A stretch of DNA of 64,000 nt from Candidatus Latescibacterota bacterium (lineage in GTDB: Bacteria > Latescibacterota > UBA2968 > UBA8231): assembly GCA_965208105.1 (NCBI GenBank), contig OZ242318.1, positions 544,001 through 608,000 of the forward strand, given 5' to 3'. How positions within the stretch are numbered: position 1 is the stretch's first letter; each line of letters starts with the position of its first letter. Made by a program: the position numbers and the translations under genes. Under the pieces are notes generated by a model. The model saw only the letters and a program-made list of their open reading frames with translations. It did no database searches and had not been told where the DNA came from. This document shows positions 38,835 to 48,811 of this stretch, one piece after another.

Positions 38835-40259
38835 TCAACCTTCAGCTTCGACCGTGGGCCTGCGGCGGTGCCACCCGGCGGCCGTTTCCCAGGCTCGTGC
38901 GGCGCGCAGGACCGTCGCTTCCTTCCATTGTCTTCCTGCAAGCTGCATCCCGATGGGCAACGCCTCCGAGGTGAAGCCGCAGGGGACCGAAATGGTGGGC
39001 TGGCCGGTCAGGTTGAAGGGCCGCGTGAGGCGCGACAATAGAGTCAGCACGTTCTCCCTTCTGTCCCCAATCACTTCCACTTCCTGGTCGATGGCCGGCG
39101 CACCCACCGGCACCGTGGGCGCCAGAAGCAGGTCATAGCGCTCCATGGCCGCGTCGAATTGGGAGTTGTAGGCGCTTCGCGCCCTCTGCGCCTTGATGTA
39201 GTCCACGGCGGGAGTCAGAGCCCCGAGGCGAAGTCGCCCGCGCACGTCTGCGCCCAGGTCTTCGGGACGGCGGCGCAGGGGATCGAACAGGGTCTGGGCG
39301 GCTTCGGCGAAGAGGATGGTGCTGGAGATTCCCAGAGCGTGGTCCAGCGCCGGAATGGAGCAGGGCTCGACCTCGGCCCCGAGTCCGGCGAGGACCTCCC
39401 CGGCCGATGAAATTGCCCGGGATACCTCCGGGGAAATGACGTCGTAGAAGTGGTCCTGGGGAACGCCGATTTTCAGCCCTTCGATCCCCTCTTCCATGGC
39501 GCCGGTGAAGTCGGGCACAGGCACATCGGCCGAAGAAGGATCCCGGGGGTCGTGGCCGGCGATGGCGTTGAGCACCAGGGCGGCGTCGCGGACCCCGCGG
39601 GTCATGGGGCCCACGGTGTCCAGGCTCCAGGCGAGGGGGTATACCCCGTGCCTGGATATTCTACCGAATGTAGGTTTGAGACCGACGATGCCGCAGAGGG
39701 CGGCAGGCAGCCTGATGGAGCCCCCCGTATCGCTGCCCAGGGTCGCCATGCACTGGCCCGCGGCCACCGCGGCCGCCGATCCGCCGCTGGAGCCGCCGGT
39801 GATCCGCTCGGGATTCCAGGGATTGCGGGCGGGACCATCGTGGGGGTTGACGCTGGTTGCGCCGAGAGCGAATTCGTGCATCTGCAGCTTGCCCAGGAGT
39901 ATGGCCCCGGCCCGGGAGAAGCGCTCGGTCACGGCCGCGTCGTAAGAGGGTACGAATTGGCGCAATACCTTCGTTCCCATGGTGGTGCGGATGCCCCTGG
40001 TGTAGTAGAGGTCCTTGAGTCCAATCGGGATCCCGTGCAAAGGGCCCCGGTACTCGCCCCTGGCTATCTCGCGCTCCGCGATGCGGGCGCACTCGAGGGA
40101 CTCCTCTGTTAGAAGGGTGATGAAGGAGTTGAGGGCGGGCTCGGTGGCCTCGATGCGCTGGAGGTGCGCCCGGGTCAGTTCCACCGGGGAGATCTGCCTC
40201 GATTCGATCAGCTCGGCGGCCTCCGCGATCGACAGGAAGACCAAATCCTGGTGGTTCAT
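38835..40259 (-). CDS. Amidase signature family protein (GatA/AtzE-like)
   Basis: LHGIPIGLKD, GGSSGGSAAAVAAG, GSDTGGSIRLPA, GLKPTFGRIS. Confidence 0.92.
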   Translation of the reverse strand: MNHQDLVFLSIAEAAELIESRQISPVELTRAHLQRIEATEPALNSFITLLTEESLECARIAEREIARGEYRGPLHGIPIGLKDLYYTRGIRTTMGTKVLRQFVPSYDAAVTERFSRAGAILLGKLQMHEFALGATSVNPHDGPARNPWNPERITGGSSGGSAAAVAAGQCMATLGSDTGGSIRLPAALCGIVGLKPTFGRISRHGVYPLAWSLDTVGPMTRGVRDAALVLNAIAGHDPRDPSSADVPVPDFTGAMEEGIEGLKIGVPQDHFYDVISPEVSRAISSAGEVLAGLGAEVEPCSIPALDHALGISSTILFAEAAQTLFDPLRRRPEDLGADVRGRLRLGALTPAVDYIKAQRARSAYNSQFDAAMERYDLLLAPTVPVGAPAIDQEVEVIGDRRENVLTLLSRLTRPFNLTGQPTISVPCGFTSEALPIGMQLAGRQWKEATVLRAARAWETAAGWHRRRPTVEAEG

Positions 40260-40462
40260 GGGATCTCCTCTGCAGGCGGGAGAGGGCTGAACCTAGTGGC
40301 CGGCCCGTGGGATTCCAGGTCGAGCTTGTCGCAGGCGTCCAGGTCTTCGAAATAGACCCGGGCCCGGTTGACGACCTCATCGAGTTCGAGCCCCTCCAGG
40401 TCCAGGCCGAGGATCCGGGCCTGGGCCAGCAGGGTCTCTCGCGAAAGTTCTCGTGATGGCAT
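40256..40462 (-). CDS. Small GatC/AtzG-like amidase partner subunit
   Basis: 68-aa helical acidic protein ending LDLESHGPATRF, with an ATGA overlap onto the amidase start. Confidence 0.6.
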   Translation of the reverse strand: MPSRELSRETLLAQARILGLDLEGLELDEVVNRARVYFEDLDACDKLDLESHGPATRFSPLPPAEEIP

Positions 40463-40724
40463 TGCAGGGCTCGTTTCGTCTTTGGTTCGTGCTCGGTTGA
40501 CCCTCCCTTTCCCGCAGGGCGAAGCACGGCGGTCCGGGGTGGCGAACTTCTTATCGAAACCATCCGGCTCCGGGATGTCAACGGCTGCCGGGACCGCCGG
40601 CTCATCAGCCCATTTGCAGGAAAGCGGCCGGGGCTCCTGTGGACAATTGCTTTCTGGTTTTTCCCTTAGCCCCTATCTTATGGGTGATTCTTCGTTGCAG
40701 ATCGAAATATTCCAGCAGACGACC

Positions 40725-43235
40725 ATGGCGGCTCACGGCACCACCCGCGGCGGACCGGTTCCATTTCTGGAGGAATCGGGAGAAACGAGGCGCTGCTGCC
40801 GCGCTGCAGGCGCGGACACGGCAAAAAAAGCGCTCCTGGCGCCCGGCCTCCTCCTTCTGTTCATTCTCGTCCTCACCTGCGGCGTCCGGGCCCAGGACCA
40901 TCTCAAGCATACCCTCAGCGGCTACGTCGAGGACGCCGCCAGCGGCGAGAAGCTGATCGGGTCGGTCCTGCACGAACCCGACCTGCAGCAGGGCACCACC
41001 ACTAACCGCTACGGCTTTTTCAGCCTGACCTTGCCGGCCGGCGGGCTGCGGCTGGTGGTATCCCACATCGGCTACCGCAGCGACACCCTGGCGACCCGGC
41101 TCGACCGGGACCTGCAACTGACCGTCGCCCTCCACCCCGCTCCCGTGGAAATGGGAATAGTAACGGTGGAGGCCAAGCGCCACGACCCCATCCAGGAACA
41201 GAGCCGGATGAGCGTGGTGCAGGTGCCTGTGCGGCAGATCAAGAGCGCTCCCGTCCTCATGGGCGAGGTGGACGTGCTCAAGACCCTGCAACTGCTGCCC
41301 GGGGTTCAGTCCGGCACCGAGGGGATGAGCGGCCTCTACGTGCGCGGCGGCAGCCCGGACCAGAACCTGATCCTCCTCGACGACGCCCCGGTCTACAACG
41401 CCTCCCACCTCTTCGGGTTCTTCTCGGTATTCAACGCCAACGCCATCAAGAACGTGCAGCTCACCAAGGCCGGCTTCCCGGCCCGCTACGGCGGCCGTCT
41501 CTCGTCGGTGCTGGAGATCGACATGAAGGACGGCAACATGAAGGAGTTCGAGGCCGAGGGCTCGGTGGGACTGATCGCCTCCCAACTGACCGTGCAGGGG
41601 CCGCTGCGGAAGGACCGCACCTCCTTCATCCTCTCGGCGCGGCGCACCTACCTCGACGTGCTGGTCCGCCCCTTTCTGCCCGGCGACGAGAAGGGAGGCT
41701 ATCATTTCTACGACCTCAACGCCAAGCTCAACCACATCTTCTCCCCGAGCAGCCGCGTGTACCTGAGCCTGTACAGCGGCGACGACCGCTTCTGGACCGA
41801 TGTCGAGGATAAGTACGGCGCCGGAGCCTGGCGCGAGGAGGACAGCACCGAGGCGGACTTCGGCTGGGGCAACGTCACCTCCACCCTGCGCTGGAACTAC
41901 CTGTTCAGCAACCGGCTCTTCGCCAACCTCACGGCGATCTACAGCCGTTACCGGTTCTCAACCAACGTCGACCGGCGCACCCTCCAGGTCATCGAGGGGG
42001 AACGGGAGAACGAGACCCTGCGGCTGCGCTACCTGTCCGGCATCCGCGACTGGGGGTTGAAGCTCGACCTCGACTACATCCCCGACCCGGCCCACTACGT
42101 CCGCTTCGGGGGCAGCGGCACCCTGCACACCTACACCCCCGGGGCGGCGCAGATCAAGTTCGACCCCTTCGAGGGCGCCCCCGAGGACACCACCCTGGCC
42201 GCCCGGGAAACCGACGCCCTGGAGTACAGCCTCTACGCCGAGGACGACCTCCGCCTGAGCAGCCGCCTGAAGGCCAACCTCGGTCTGCACACCTCCGGCT
42301 TCCTCGTCGACGAGGAGTTCTACGCCTCCCTGCAGCCCCGGGTTTCGATGCGCTACCTGCTGACTCCGGACTGGGCCCTGAAGACCTCCTACGCCCAGAT
42401 GCGCCAGTACATCCACCTGCTCTCCAACAGCACCGTCGGCCTGCCCACCGACCTGTGGCTGCCGGCCACCGGACGGGTGCGCCCCCAGAGATCGCGGCAG
42501 GTGGGACTCGGCCTGGCGCGGCAGCTCGAGGAGCAGTACGAGCTCACCATCGAGGGATACTACAAGACCATGACCGAGCTGATCGAGTACCGGGAAGGGG
42601 CGACCTTTCTCGTCGGCTCCGGCGAGAGCGAGGACTGGCAGGACAAGGTGGCGACCGGGAAGGGATGGTCGTACGGGGTGGAGCTGTTCCTGCAGAAGAA
42701 GCGCGGCCGCACCAGCGGCTGGGCGGGGTACACCCTTTCCTGGACCCGGAGGCGTTTCGCGGAGCTCAACGAAGGGCGCACCTTTCCCTACCGCTACGAC
42801 CGCCGCCACGACCTCGCCGTCGTCCTCTCGCGGCAGCTCAGCGGGTCGACGAGCTTCTCCCTGACCTGGGTGTACGGAACCGGCAACGCCGCCACCCTTC
42901 CGGTGGCCAGGTACGACAGCGACGCTGGAGAGCGCGGGTCCGTCCGGTTGCCCCGGCACAACTACCTGCCGCATGAAACCGTGATCTACGGGGAACGCAA
43001 CGGCTACCGCATGGCGGCCTTCCACCACCTCGACTTCAGCGTCAACTTCGGCCTGGCCGACAGCGACCGGCACGGATTCAGCCTCGGGGTGTACAACTCC
43101 TACAACCGCAAGAACCCGTTCTTCATCTATTTCGAGGACCGCTACAACAGCAATACCGACGCCAGGCAGTTCCGCGCCAAGCAGGTGAGCCTCTTTCCCC
43201 TTCTTCCCTGGATCAACTACCGGTTCAAGTTTTGA
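40725..43235 (+). CDS. TonB-dependent receptor with an N-terminal carboxypeptidase-regulatory-like domain
   Basis: SGYVEDAASGEKLIG, GEVDVLKTLQLLPGV, YVRGGSPDQN, FPARYGGRLSSVL, C-terminal YRFKF. Start uncertain. Confidence 0.92.
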   Translation: MAAHGTTRGGPVPFLEESGETRRCCRAAGADTAKKALLAPGLLLLFILVLTCGVRAQDHLKHTLSGYVEDAASGEKLIGSVLHEPDLQQGTTTNRYGFFSLTLPAGGLRLVVSHIGYRSDTLATRLDRDLQLTVALHPAPVEMGIVTVEAKRHDPIQEQSRMSVVQVPVRQIKSAPVLMGEVDVLKTLQLLPGVQSGTEGMSGLYVRGGSPDQNLILLDDAPVYNASHLFGFFSVFNANAIKNVQLTKAGFPARYGGRLSSVLEIDMKDGNMKEFEAEGSVGLIASQLTVQGPLRKDRTSFILSARRTYLDVLVRPFLPGDEKGGYHFYDLNAKLNHIFSPSSRVYLSLYSGDDRFWTDVEDKYGAGAWREEDSTEADFGWGNVTSTLRWNYLFSNRLFANLTAIYSRYRFSTNVDRRTLQVIEGERENETLRLRYLSGIRDWGLKLDLDYIPDPAHYVRFGGSGTLHTYTPGAAQIKFDPFEGAPEDTTLAARETDALEYSLYAEDDLRLSSRLKANLGLHTSGFLVDEEFYASLQPRVSMRYLLTPDWALKTSYAQMRQYIHLLSNSTVGLPTDLWLPATGRVRPQRSRQVGLGLARQLEEQYELTIEGYYKTMTELIEYREGATFLVGSGESEDWQDKVATGKGWSYGVELFLQKKRGRTSGWAGYTLSWTRRRFAELNEGRTFPYRYDRRHDLAVVLSRQLSGSTSFSLTWVYGTGNAATLPVARYDSDAGERGSVRLPRHNYLPHETVIYGERNGYRMAAFHHLDFSVNFGLADSDRHGFSLGVYNSYNRKNPFFIYFEDRYNSNTDARQFRAKQVSLFPLLPWINYRFKF

Positions 43236-43252
43236 ATTCCCAGGCCCCCGCG

Positions 43253-44188
43253 ATGAAAGCCGCACTGCGCCTCTTTCCCTTCCTGACCGCCCTGTGCGCC
43301 TGCGAGCAGGTGATTGAGCCCGACCTGCCGGAGCATCCTCCCCGGCTGGTTCTGCAGGCCTTCTTCACCTCCGACGGAGCCTGGACCGCCCACGTCGCCC
43401 GCTCTTTCGGGATTCTCGAGCCGCAGTCCGTCCATGGAGGGTCGCTGGTCGACGATGCGGCGGTTGAGCTGCTGGCCGGAGACCGGGTCGTCGGCAAGCT
43501 CGAGTTCAACTACACGGTGGTGGCGTACGTGTTCGAAGGCGGCGCCCTGCAGGCGGGAGAAACCTACTCCCTGCGGGTAACGGCCCCCGGCTTCGAGACG
43601 GTCCGGGCCACCGACACCGTGCCCGGACCCGTGCCGACCTCCGTCCGCTTGTATCGCCCCCGTGCCTCCGCCGGCTCCGAGTCCGGGGCCGGCCGCGATC
43701 TCTCGATCGAGCTGGAGATTCAGGATCCCCCCGGGGAAGCGAACTACTACCAGATCAGCCTGTTTCGCGTTTACGAAGGAAGGGAGGAGGGCGAGGCCCG
43801 TGACTTCATCCCGGCATTCCGCCGGGAGGAGAATTTCTCGACCAAGGACCCCTCGATTCTGGCGGACAACAGCGTCGACGGATCGCCGTTCGAAGAGGGG
43901 GGCTTTGAGGGCAAGGCGCCGTATTTCAGGGATACCCTTTTCGACGGCAGCACCCACGAGATCGAGCTGTCCACCGACTTCGCCGGTGGCCCGGACTTTT
44001 CGGAGATCCGTCTCCAGGTTCTCTACATCAGCGAGGCCTACTACGAGTATCTCAAGACCGCCCGGCTCCACCATGACACCCTGGACAACCCGTTCGCCGA
44101 GCCGTTGAACGTGTACAGCAACGTGGAGAACGGGTACGGCATCTTCGCCGGGTACAGCTCGCAGACCTTCGAGCTCGCAGGCGAGTGA
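43253..44188 (+). CDS. DUF4249 family lipoprotein
   Basis: Lipobox LCAC-EQVI, DPPGEANYY, ISEAYYEY, PFAEP..VYSNVENGYGIFAG. Typical partner of this TBDR type. Confidence 0.85.
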   Translation: MKAALRLFPFLTALCACEQVIEPDLPEHPPRLVLQAFFTSDGAWTAHVARSFGILEPQSVHGGSLVDDAAVELLAGDRVVGKLEFNYTVVAYVFEGGALQAGETYSLRVTAPGFETVRATDTVPGPVPTSVRLYRPRASAGSESGAGRDLSIELEIQDPPGEANYYQISLFRVYEGREEGEARDFIPAFRREENFSTKDPSILADNSVDGSPFEEGGFEGKAPYFRDTLFDGSTHEIELSTDFAGGPDFSEIRLQVLYISEAYYEYLKTARLHHDTLDNPFAEPLNVYSNVENGYGIFAGYSSQTFELAGE

Positions 44189-44513
44189 GCCCGGGGACGG
44201 CGGTAGGGCCTTCGTAGGGAATTGTCGGCGGAATCCTGTGTCGCAACGCCTGCTTTGGGGCAATTCAGGCTGGCCATTGGCGATTCATCATTTTCTTGAC
44301 ACTCGACCCATAAAAGCGTATCTCTTCATATTATTCCCCGAATCTGCCAGATTCAGGCAGAGTGCTCTACACCATGTAGCGGCAGACGAAATGGATTTTT
44401 CCGAGGCAGTTCTTTCCACTGGTGGCGCGACTCCAGCGGCCGAGTATATCTCCGGTGATCGACACCGCAGGTTGGGGGCGCCGGACGCGACCAACTCACT
44501 CTAGGAGGGAGAA

Positions 44514-44846
44514 ATGGCACTCAGAATAATCATTGGCTTGATCGTTCTTGCAGCCATCATTCAGGGTTTGGCAGGTGACCCGATCGCAGGCGGCATCCTG
44601 ACCCTCGCCCTGGTCGTTCTGGGCCTGGTGTACGGGGCAATGGGTGTCGACGCTGAGGACGCCACGGCCTACCTGGTGGTCACCCTTGCGGCCGGAGGAG
44701 CCGCCAGTATGGGCGTGCTGGACCAGGAAATTCTCCAGGACGTCGGCGACCGTCTGGACGCCATTCTCGATCAGGCCGTCATCGCTCTGTTCGCCGGAGC
44801 CGTGACCATTCTGGTCAAGAGGGCCATCACCCGGCTGAAGGGTTGA
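44514..44846 (+). CDS. Small hypothetical membrane protein (110 aa)
   Basis: AGGAGG RBS, about 4 hydrophobic segments; TTGACA at 44296 upstream. Confidence 0.7.
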   Translation: MALRIIIGLIVLAAIIQGLAGDPIAGGILTLALVVLGLVYGAMGVDAEDATAYLVVTLAAGGAASMGVLDQEILQDVGDRLDAILDQAVIALFAGAVTILVKRAITRLKG

Positions 44847-45033
44847 TTGCACAGGCGGGTGTCCACCAGCAAGGTCAGGCCCGCCTGAACAATCCGCGAA
44901 CCAAGCATAGGCCGCGCTGCACTCGCCGGCGCGGGTGCAGCGCGGCCGCATATCCCGATCGAGGCCTGGGCCGGGATCGCTTCCCGCCATGGCCTCCGCC
45001 TCATTTACCACCCCACCCCACACCTTCCACCTT

Positions 45034-45173
45034 CCATTTTCCGCCGATCCATCCCGGCTCACGGCGTTGCCTTCACTTGCCGTACACCACTGGTACGACT
45101 CGCTCAGGCGCCTGGTGAGCCGGGCGCCTCGGCGGCCCAATTGCGTCAACCTATCTCTGCCACGGGACACTAG
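45034..45173. mobile_element. Second, truncated and inverted copy of the 38508-38669 MITE
   Basis: Reverse complement match to about 38508-38645 (e.g. GGCTCACGGCGTTGCCTTCACTTGCCGTACAC..CTGGTACGACTCGCTCAGGCGCC). Retains one TIR ending ACGGGACACTAG. Confidence 0.8.
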
Positions 45174-47461
45174 CCGCGGTCGATGTCGCGGACCAGGGAT
45201 GAGAGACGATTCAGGCTGACGGCGAGAAAGATCTCCCGGGCCATGGGGGACGCTTCCCGGGCGGGGCTTTTGATGAAGTTGCCGATGGCGATGAGCACCA
45301 CGTAGGCGGAGAGCACGCCGTAGGCCTGGCCGCCGGTGGTGGAAAGTCCGTCGCGCACGGTGCCCACGACCTGGCGGACTGCCTCGATCATTTCTTCCTC
45401 CTTCTCCTCTTCATAGGCCGACACCACCTGCAGGCACTGGCCCTTCAGCCGGGCGCGGTAGGCAGGGTCGATGCAGCGCGCCGAGCCCAGGGCGTCGGCC
45501 GACCTGCGCAGCAGGCGGGCGATGGCGGCGACCCGGGCCGTATCTTCCCGTGAGAGGAGGCGATAGAACTGATCCCCGGCGCCCAGTGCTCTGCAAACCC
45601 CGTTGAGCAGCTGCAGGCGCACCGCGGGAGAGGAGAAATCGGCCAGGCGCACCAGGGTGGGCTTGACGATGCGGCGGTCCTGGCGCTCGCCGAGGACGTC
45701 CACCAGGGTCGGGAAGGTCAGGGGGTCGAAATCGCTCTCGAAGTGCCAGAAAAGGAGCTCGTGCACTTCGTCCCCACGCATTCCCGCGAGGCCGCGGATG
45801 GCGCTGATGCGGACGCGGGGATCGGCGTCGTTCAGGGCCTCCACCAGGGGGTCGATGCTGGTTGAAAAGCCCAGGCGGCCCAGGGCCTCGGCGGCTTCGC
45901 TGCGGATGTCCGAGGCCCCGTCGAGAAGTTCGCGCACCAGGGGTTCGGCGGCGCTTTCGGAGCGGCTCTCGCCCAGGGCGCGGGCGGCGCTGCGGCGCAC
46001 CCGGGGGCTGGCGTCGGCCAGGGCCTGGACCAGTTGCTCGATGGCGAGGGGATTGCCGGAGCGGCCCAGGGCCTCGGCGGCGCGCGCCCTGGTCCCCTCG
46101 CCGGTGGCCAGGCTGAAGATGGTGGTGTTGTAGGCGTAGCTGAGGATGTTTCCGCGCAGCATGCGCGCTAGCAGGCTGCGGGATGTGGCCTTTGGGGTGT
46201 CCTTGACGGTGCGCAGAATGAGCAGGGGGGCCAGGCGGGCAAGAGTGCTGAGGGCGAAGACCACCTGCAGCTTGCCCATGGATACCCCCAACACGGAAAA
46301 GCTCAGATCTTCCAGGTGGGCCACGATAAGGCCGCTCAGCAAGGGGCCGAGAGCACCCATCAGGTTGACCGTCACCGACCAGGCGGCCAGGTAGACGGTG
46401 CGCTTCTCGCCCCGGGGCAGCAGGCTGTAGAGCAGGGGGTTGACCCCCACCGCGATCCCGGAGAACAGAATGCCGCTGAGAATCAGGGCAACCGGGACCA
46501 GGTGATAGGCCCCGGGCTGGTTGAAGGCCCAGACACAGGGCAGGAAGGCCGCCGGCGCCATCAGGATCTGCAGTACCGGCCTGGCGCCGAAGCGGTCGAT
46601 AAGCCCTGCCCAGAACCGGTAGCCGGCGATGCTGGCCAGCATGAAAAGGGCGTTGAAGATCGAGATCTCGGTATAGGAGATGTGCAGGCGGTCGAGCATG
46701 AAGACACTGTAGAGGGGACCAGCCAGACCGAGGGCAAAGGTCCACAGGCCGTAGAACAGGGCGACGCGGCGGAATTTGGGATCGCGGAAGGGGTGCAACA
46801 GATCGCCCAGGCGCGTACCTTGCTCGTCGCTGGCGGCGGTCTGTCTGGGGAAGGGGGCCCGAAGCAGGCTGATGTACCCCATTAGCCCGAGAACGGAACC
46901 GGCGGCAAAGACCCAGACAAAGCCACCTGCACCTGGGAACAGGTCGAGGAACTGGCCGATGGCGAAACCGGCGGCCATGGCCACTATGGTGCTGACGATG
47001 GTCTGGCGGCTGGTGAAGCGGGCGCGAATATTCTCCGGGACCACGTTGGCGATCCAGGTATTGTAAACGGGGGAAACCAGGTAGCCGCTCAACAGGCTGA
47101 GGCCGACCATGGCCACCAGGGCCGCGAGCCGGTAGGGTTCCGGGACCAGGAAGGGTATGATCAGGGGCAGACCGCGGAAGCCGATCTCCACCAGGCCCCC
47201 GCCCACGACGAAGCGCTTCCTGTCCCCCATGCCGGCGCTCAGCATAGGTGCGAGCAACTGGCCCAGTGCCAGGAAGTAGGCGGCGGAGGTGAAGAGGGCG
47301 ATAAAGGCGCCGTCTGCGCCCATGTAGAGGGCGAAGCCGGTGAAGGCCGCAGTGCCAAGACCCACGGCCTGTCCCCATGCGCCCCAAAAGCCGGCGGCGA
47401 CGACGAAGGAGCGCAGAGCGCGATTCACCTGGCCGCGGGAGAGTTGCGCTACATAGTCCAT
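45170..47461 (-). CDS. MFS transporter fused to a C-terminal HEAT-repeat domain
   Basis: About 12 TM segments in the N-terminal ~420 aa (WAGLIDRFGARPVL), then HEAT repeats (RARAAEALG, VRRSAARALG, IRSEAAEALG, VRISAIRGL). Confidence 0.85.
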   Translation of the reverse strand: MDYVAQLSRGQVNRALRSFVVAAGFWGAWGQAVGLGTAAFTGFALYMGADGAFIALFTSAAYFLALGQLLAPMLSAGMGDRKRFVVGGGLVEIGFRGLPLIIPFLVPEPYRLAALVAMVGLSLLSGYLVSPVYNTWIANVVPENIRARFTSRQTIVSTIVAMAAGFAIGQFLDLFPGAGGFVWVFAAGSVLGLMGYISLLRAPFPRQTAASDEQGTRLGDLLHPFRDPKFRRVALFYGLWTFALGLAGPLYSVFMLDRLHISYTEISIFNALFMLASIAGYRFWAGLIDRFGARPVLQILMAPAAFLPCVWAFNQPGAYHLVPVALILSGILFSGIAVGVNPLLYSLLPRGEKRTVYLAAWSVTVNLMGALGPLLSGLIVAHLEDLSFSVLGVSMGKLQVVFALSTLARLAPLLILRTVKDTPKATSRSLLARMLRGNILSYAYNTTIFSLATGEGTRARAAEALGRSGNPLAIEQLVQALADASPRVRRSAARALGESRSESAAEPLVRELLDGASDIRSEAAEALGRLGFSTSIDPLVEALNDADPRVRISAIRGLAGMRGDEVHELLFWHFESDFDPLTFPTLVDVLGERQDRRIVKPTLVRLADFSSPAVRLQLLNGVCRALGAGDQFYRLLSREDTARVAAIARLLRRSADALGSARCIDPAYRARLKGQCLQVVSAYEEEKEEEMIEAVRQVVGTVRDGLSTTGGQAYGVLSAYVVLIAIGNFIKSPAREASPMAREIFLAVSLNRLSSLVRDIDRG

Positions 47462-47762
47462 GGTGGACAGAAAATATCGTCGCGGCCTGGATTAATGGCA
47501 AAGAACCACTCCCGGCGGATCCGGCCGATTCAACCGCCGCGAACCGGACCCTGGCCTGCGCCCGGCTTGAACCCGGGGGAACAAACCGCTTTATTTCCCA
47601 TTTCCGATCGGGGCCGCGCCGGCCTTGCTGCCGCGGATGATTGCCTCCTCAACAGGCCAGGGAACGGAATTGCCTGGACAACACCGGTCTCCGCGCTCGC
47701 GGAATTCCCAGTAGATCACCTGTATAACCTATTATGTCACAATCTGTTAAAGGATAAATTCA

Positions 47763-48650
47763 ATGACGCGGCTCAAGCTCCTCTGCACAGGGACCCCCGC
47801 TCCCCTTCCCCACCGCGGCGGCTCCAGCTACCTCGTCCAAACCGGGGACCAGACCCTGGTCTTCGACTGCGGTCCCGGCTCGGTGCGGCGCATGCTCGAG
47901 GCCGGCCTCTCCCTTCCCTCCATCGACCATCTCTTCCTCACCCACCTGCACTACGACCACTGCGTCGACTACGCCTACCTGGTGCTGACGCGCTGGGACC
48001 AGGGCAGGGGAAGAATTCCGGAGCTTCAGGTATGCGGCCCCGCGCCCCTGGAGCGCATGACCGCTCAGCTGTTCTCGCCCGACGGGGTCTTCGGTCCGGA
48101 CCTGGCTGCCCGCACCCAGCACCCTGGCAGCCACTTCGTCTACGAGGCCCGGGGCGGGGTGATGCCGCGCGAGTGGCCCGACCCGCAGGTGCGCCAGGTC
48201 GGCGGCGGCGACCGGGTCGAAACCGGGTCCTGGAGCGTGGAGGTGGCCGAGGTCGTCCACGTGCAACCCCAGCTCACCTGCCTGGCCTACCGGCTCAACA
48301 CCCCCGACGGAGCCATCGTCTTCAGCGGCGACACGGCCCCGGTGGAGAGCCTCACCCGCCTGTCGCGCGACGCCCGGGTGCTGCTCCACATGTGCCACTT
48401 CATCAACGGCGAGGCCACCGACGAGCGCCTGACCAGCTCCTGCTCCGGGCACGTCGACGCGGCCACCACGGCGCGGGACGCCGGAGTGCAGACCCTGGTG
48501 CTGGTTCACCTAACCGAGCAACTGGAGACACCCGGAGTGCGCGAACGCGTTCTGCACGAGGTGGGTGAAGTGTTCGACGGTCAGGTGATTCTCGGAGAGG
48601 ATCTGCTCGAGGTGCCCATGGGCAGGATCGCGGTGGAACCGGTGAGGTGA
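47763..48650 (+). CDS. MBL-fold metallohydrolase (RNase Z/arylsulfatase-like)
   Basis: LCTGTPAP, FDCGPG, THLHYDH, FSGDT, LVLVHL. Confidence 0.88.
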   Translation: MTRLKLLCTGTPAPLPHRGGSSYLVQTGDQTLVFDCGPGSVRRMLEAGLSLPSIDHLFLTHLHYDHCVDYAYLVLTRWDQGRGRIPELQVCGPAPLERMTAQLFSPDGVFGPDLAARTQHPGSHFVYEARGGVMPREWPDPQVRQVGGGDRVETGSWSVEVAEVVHVQPQLTCLAYRLNTPDGAIVFSGDTAPVESLTRLSRDARVLLHMCHFINGEATDERLTSSCSGHVDAATTARDAGVQTLVLVHLTEQLETPGVRERVLHEVGEVFDGQVILGEDLLEVPMGRIAVEPVR

Positions 48651-48724
48651 GGGCAGGACACGGCCGCATACACCTGCCTTAGAGAATCAGGCTCCGGACT
48701 TCGGAGCCGGGAGAGCCTCCCATC

Positions 48725-48752
48725 TTGACATAGGGCGCAATTCACGTATTTT
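48725..48752 (+). promoter_or_regulatory. Sigma70-type promoter for ferritin
   Basis: TTGACA followed by TATTTT in an AT-rich island. Confidence 0.45.
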
Positions 48753-48811
48753 TATATATTTACAACTTTAATGGCTTCCGGCCCGGATGTTTCAAAAAAG
48801 GGGATGCTCTC

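Noticed and set aside
38835-40259. Annotation as gatA
   Set aside because: No gatB adjacent and the sequence resembles generic or AtzE-type amidases, so the symbol is withheld.
40463-40724. Cobalamin riboswitch upstream of the TonB-dependent receptor
   Set aside because: No B12-box or GCCACTG/GGGAA conserved elements seen.
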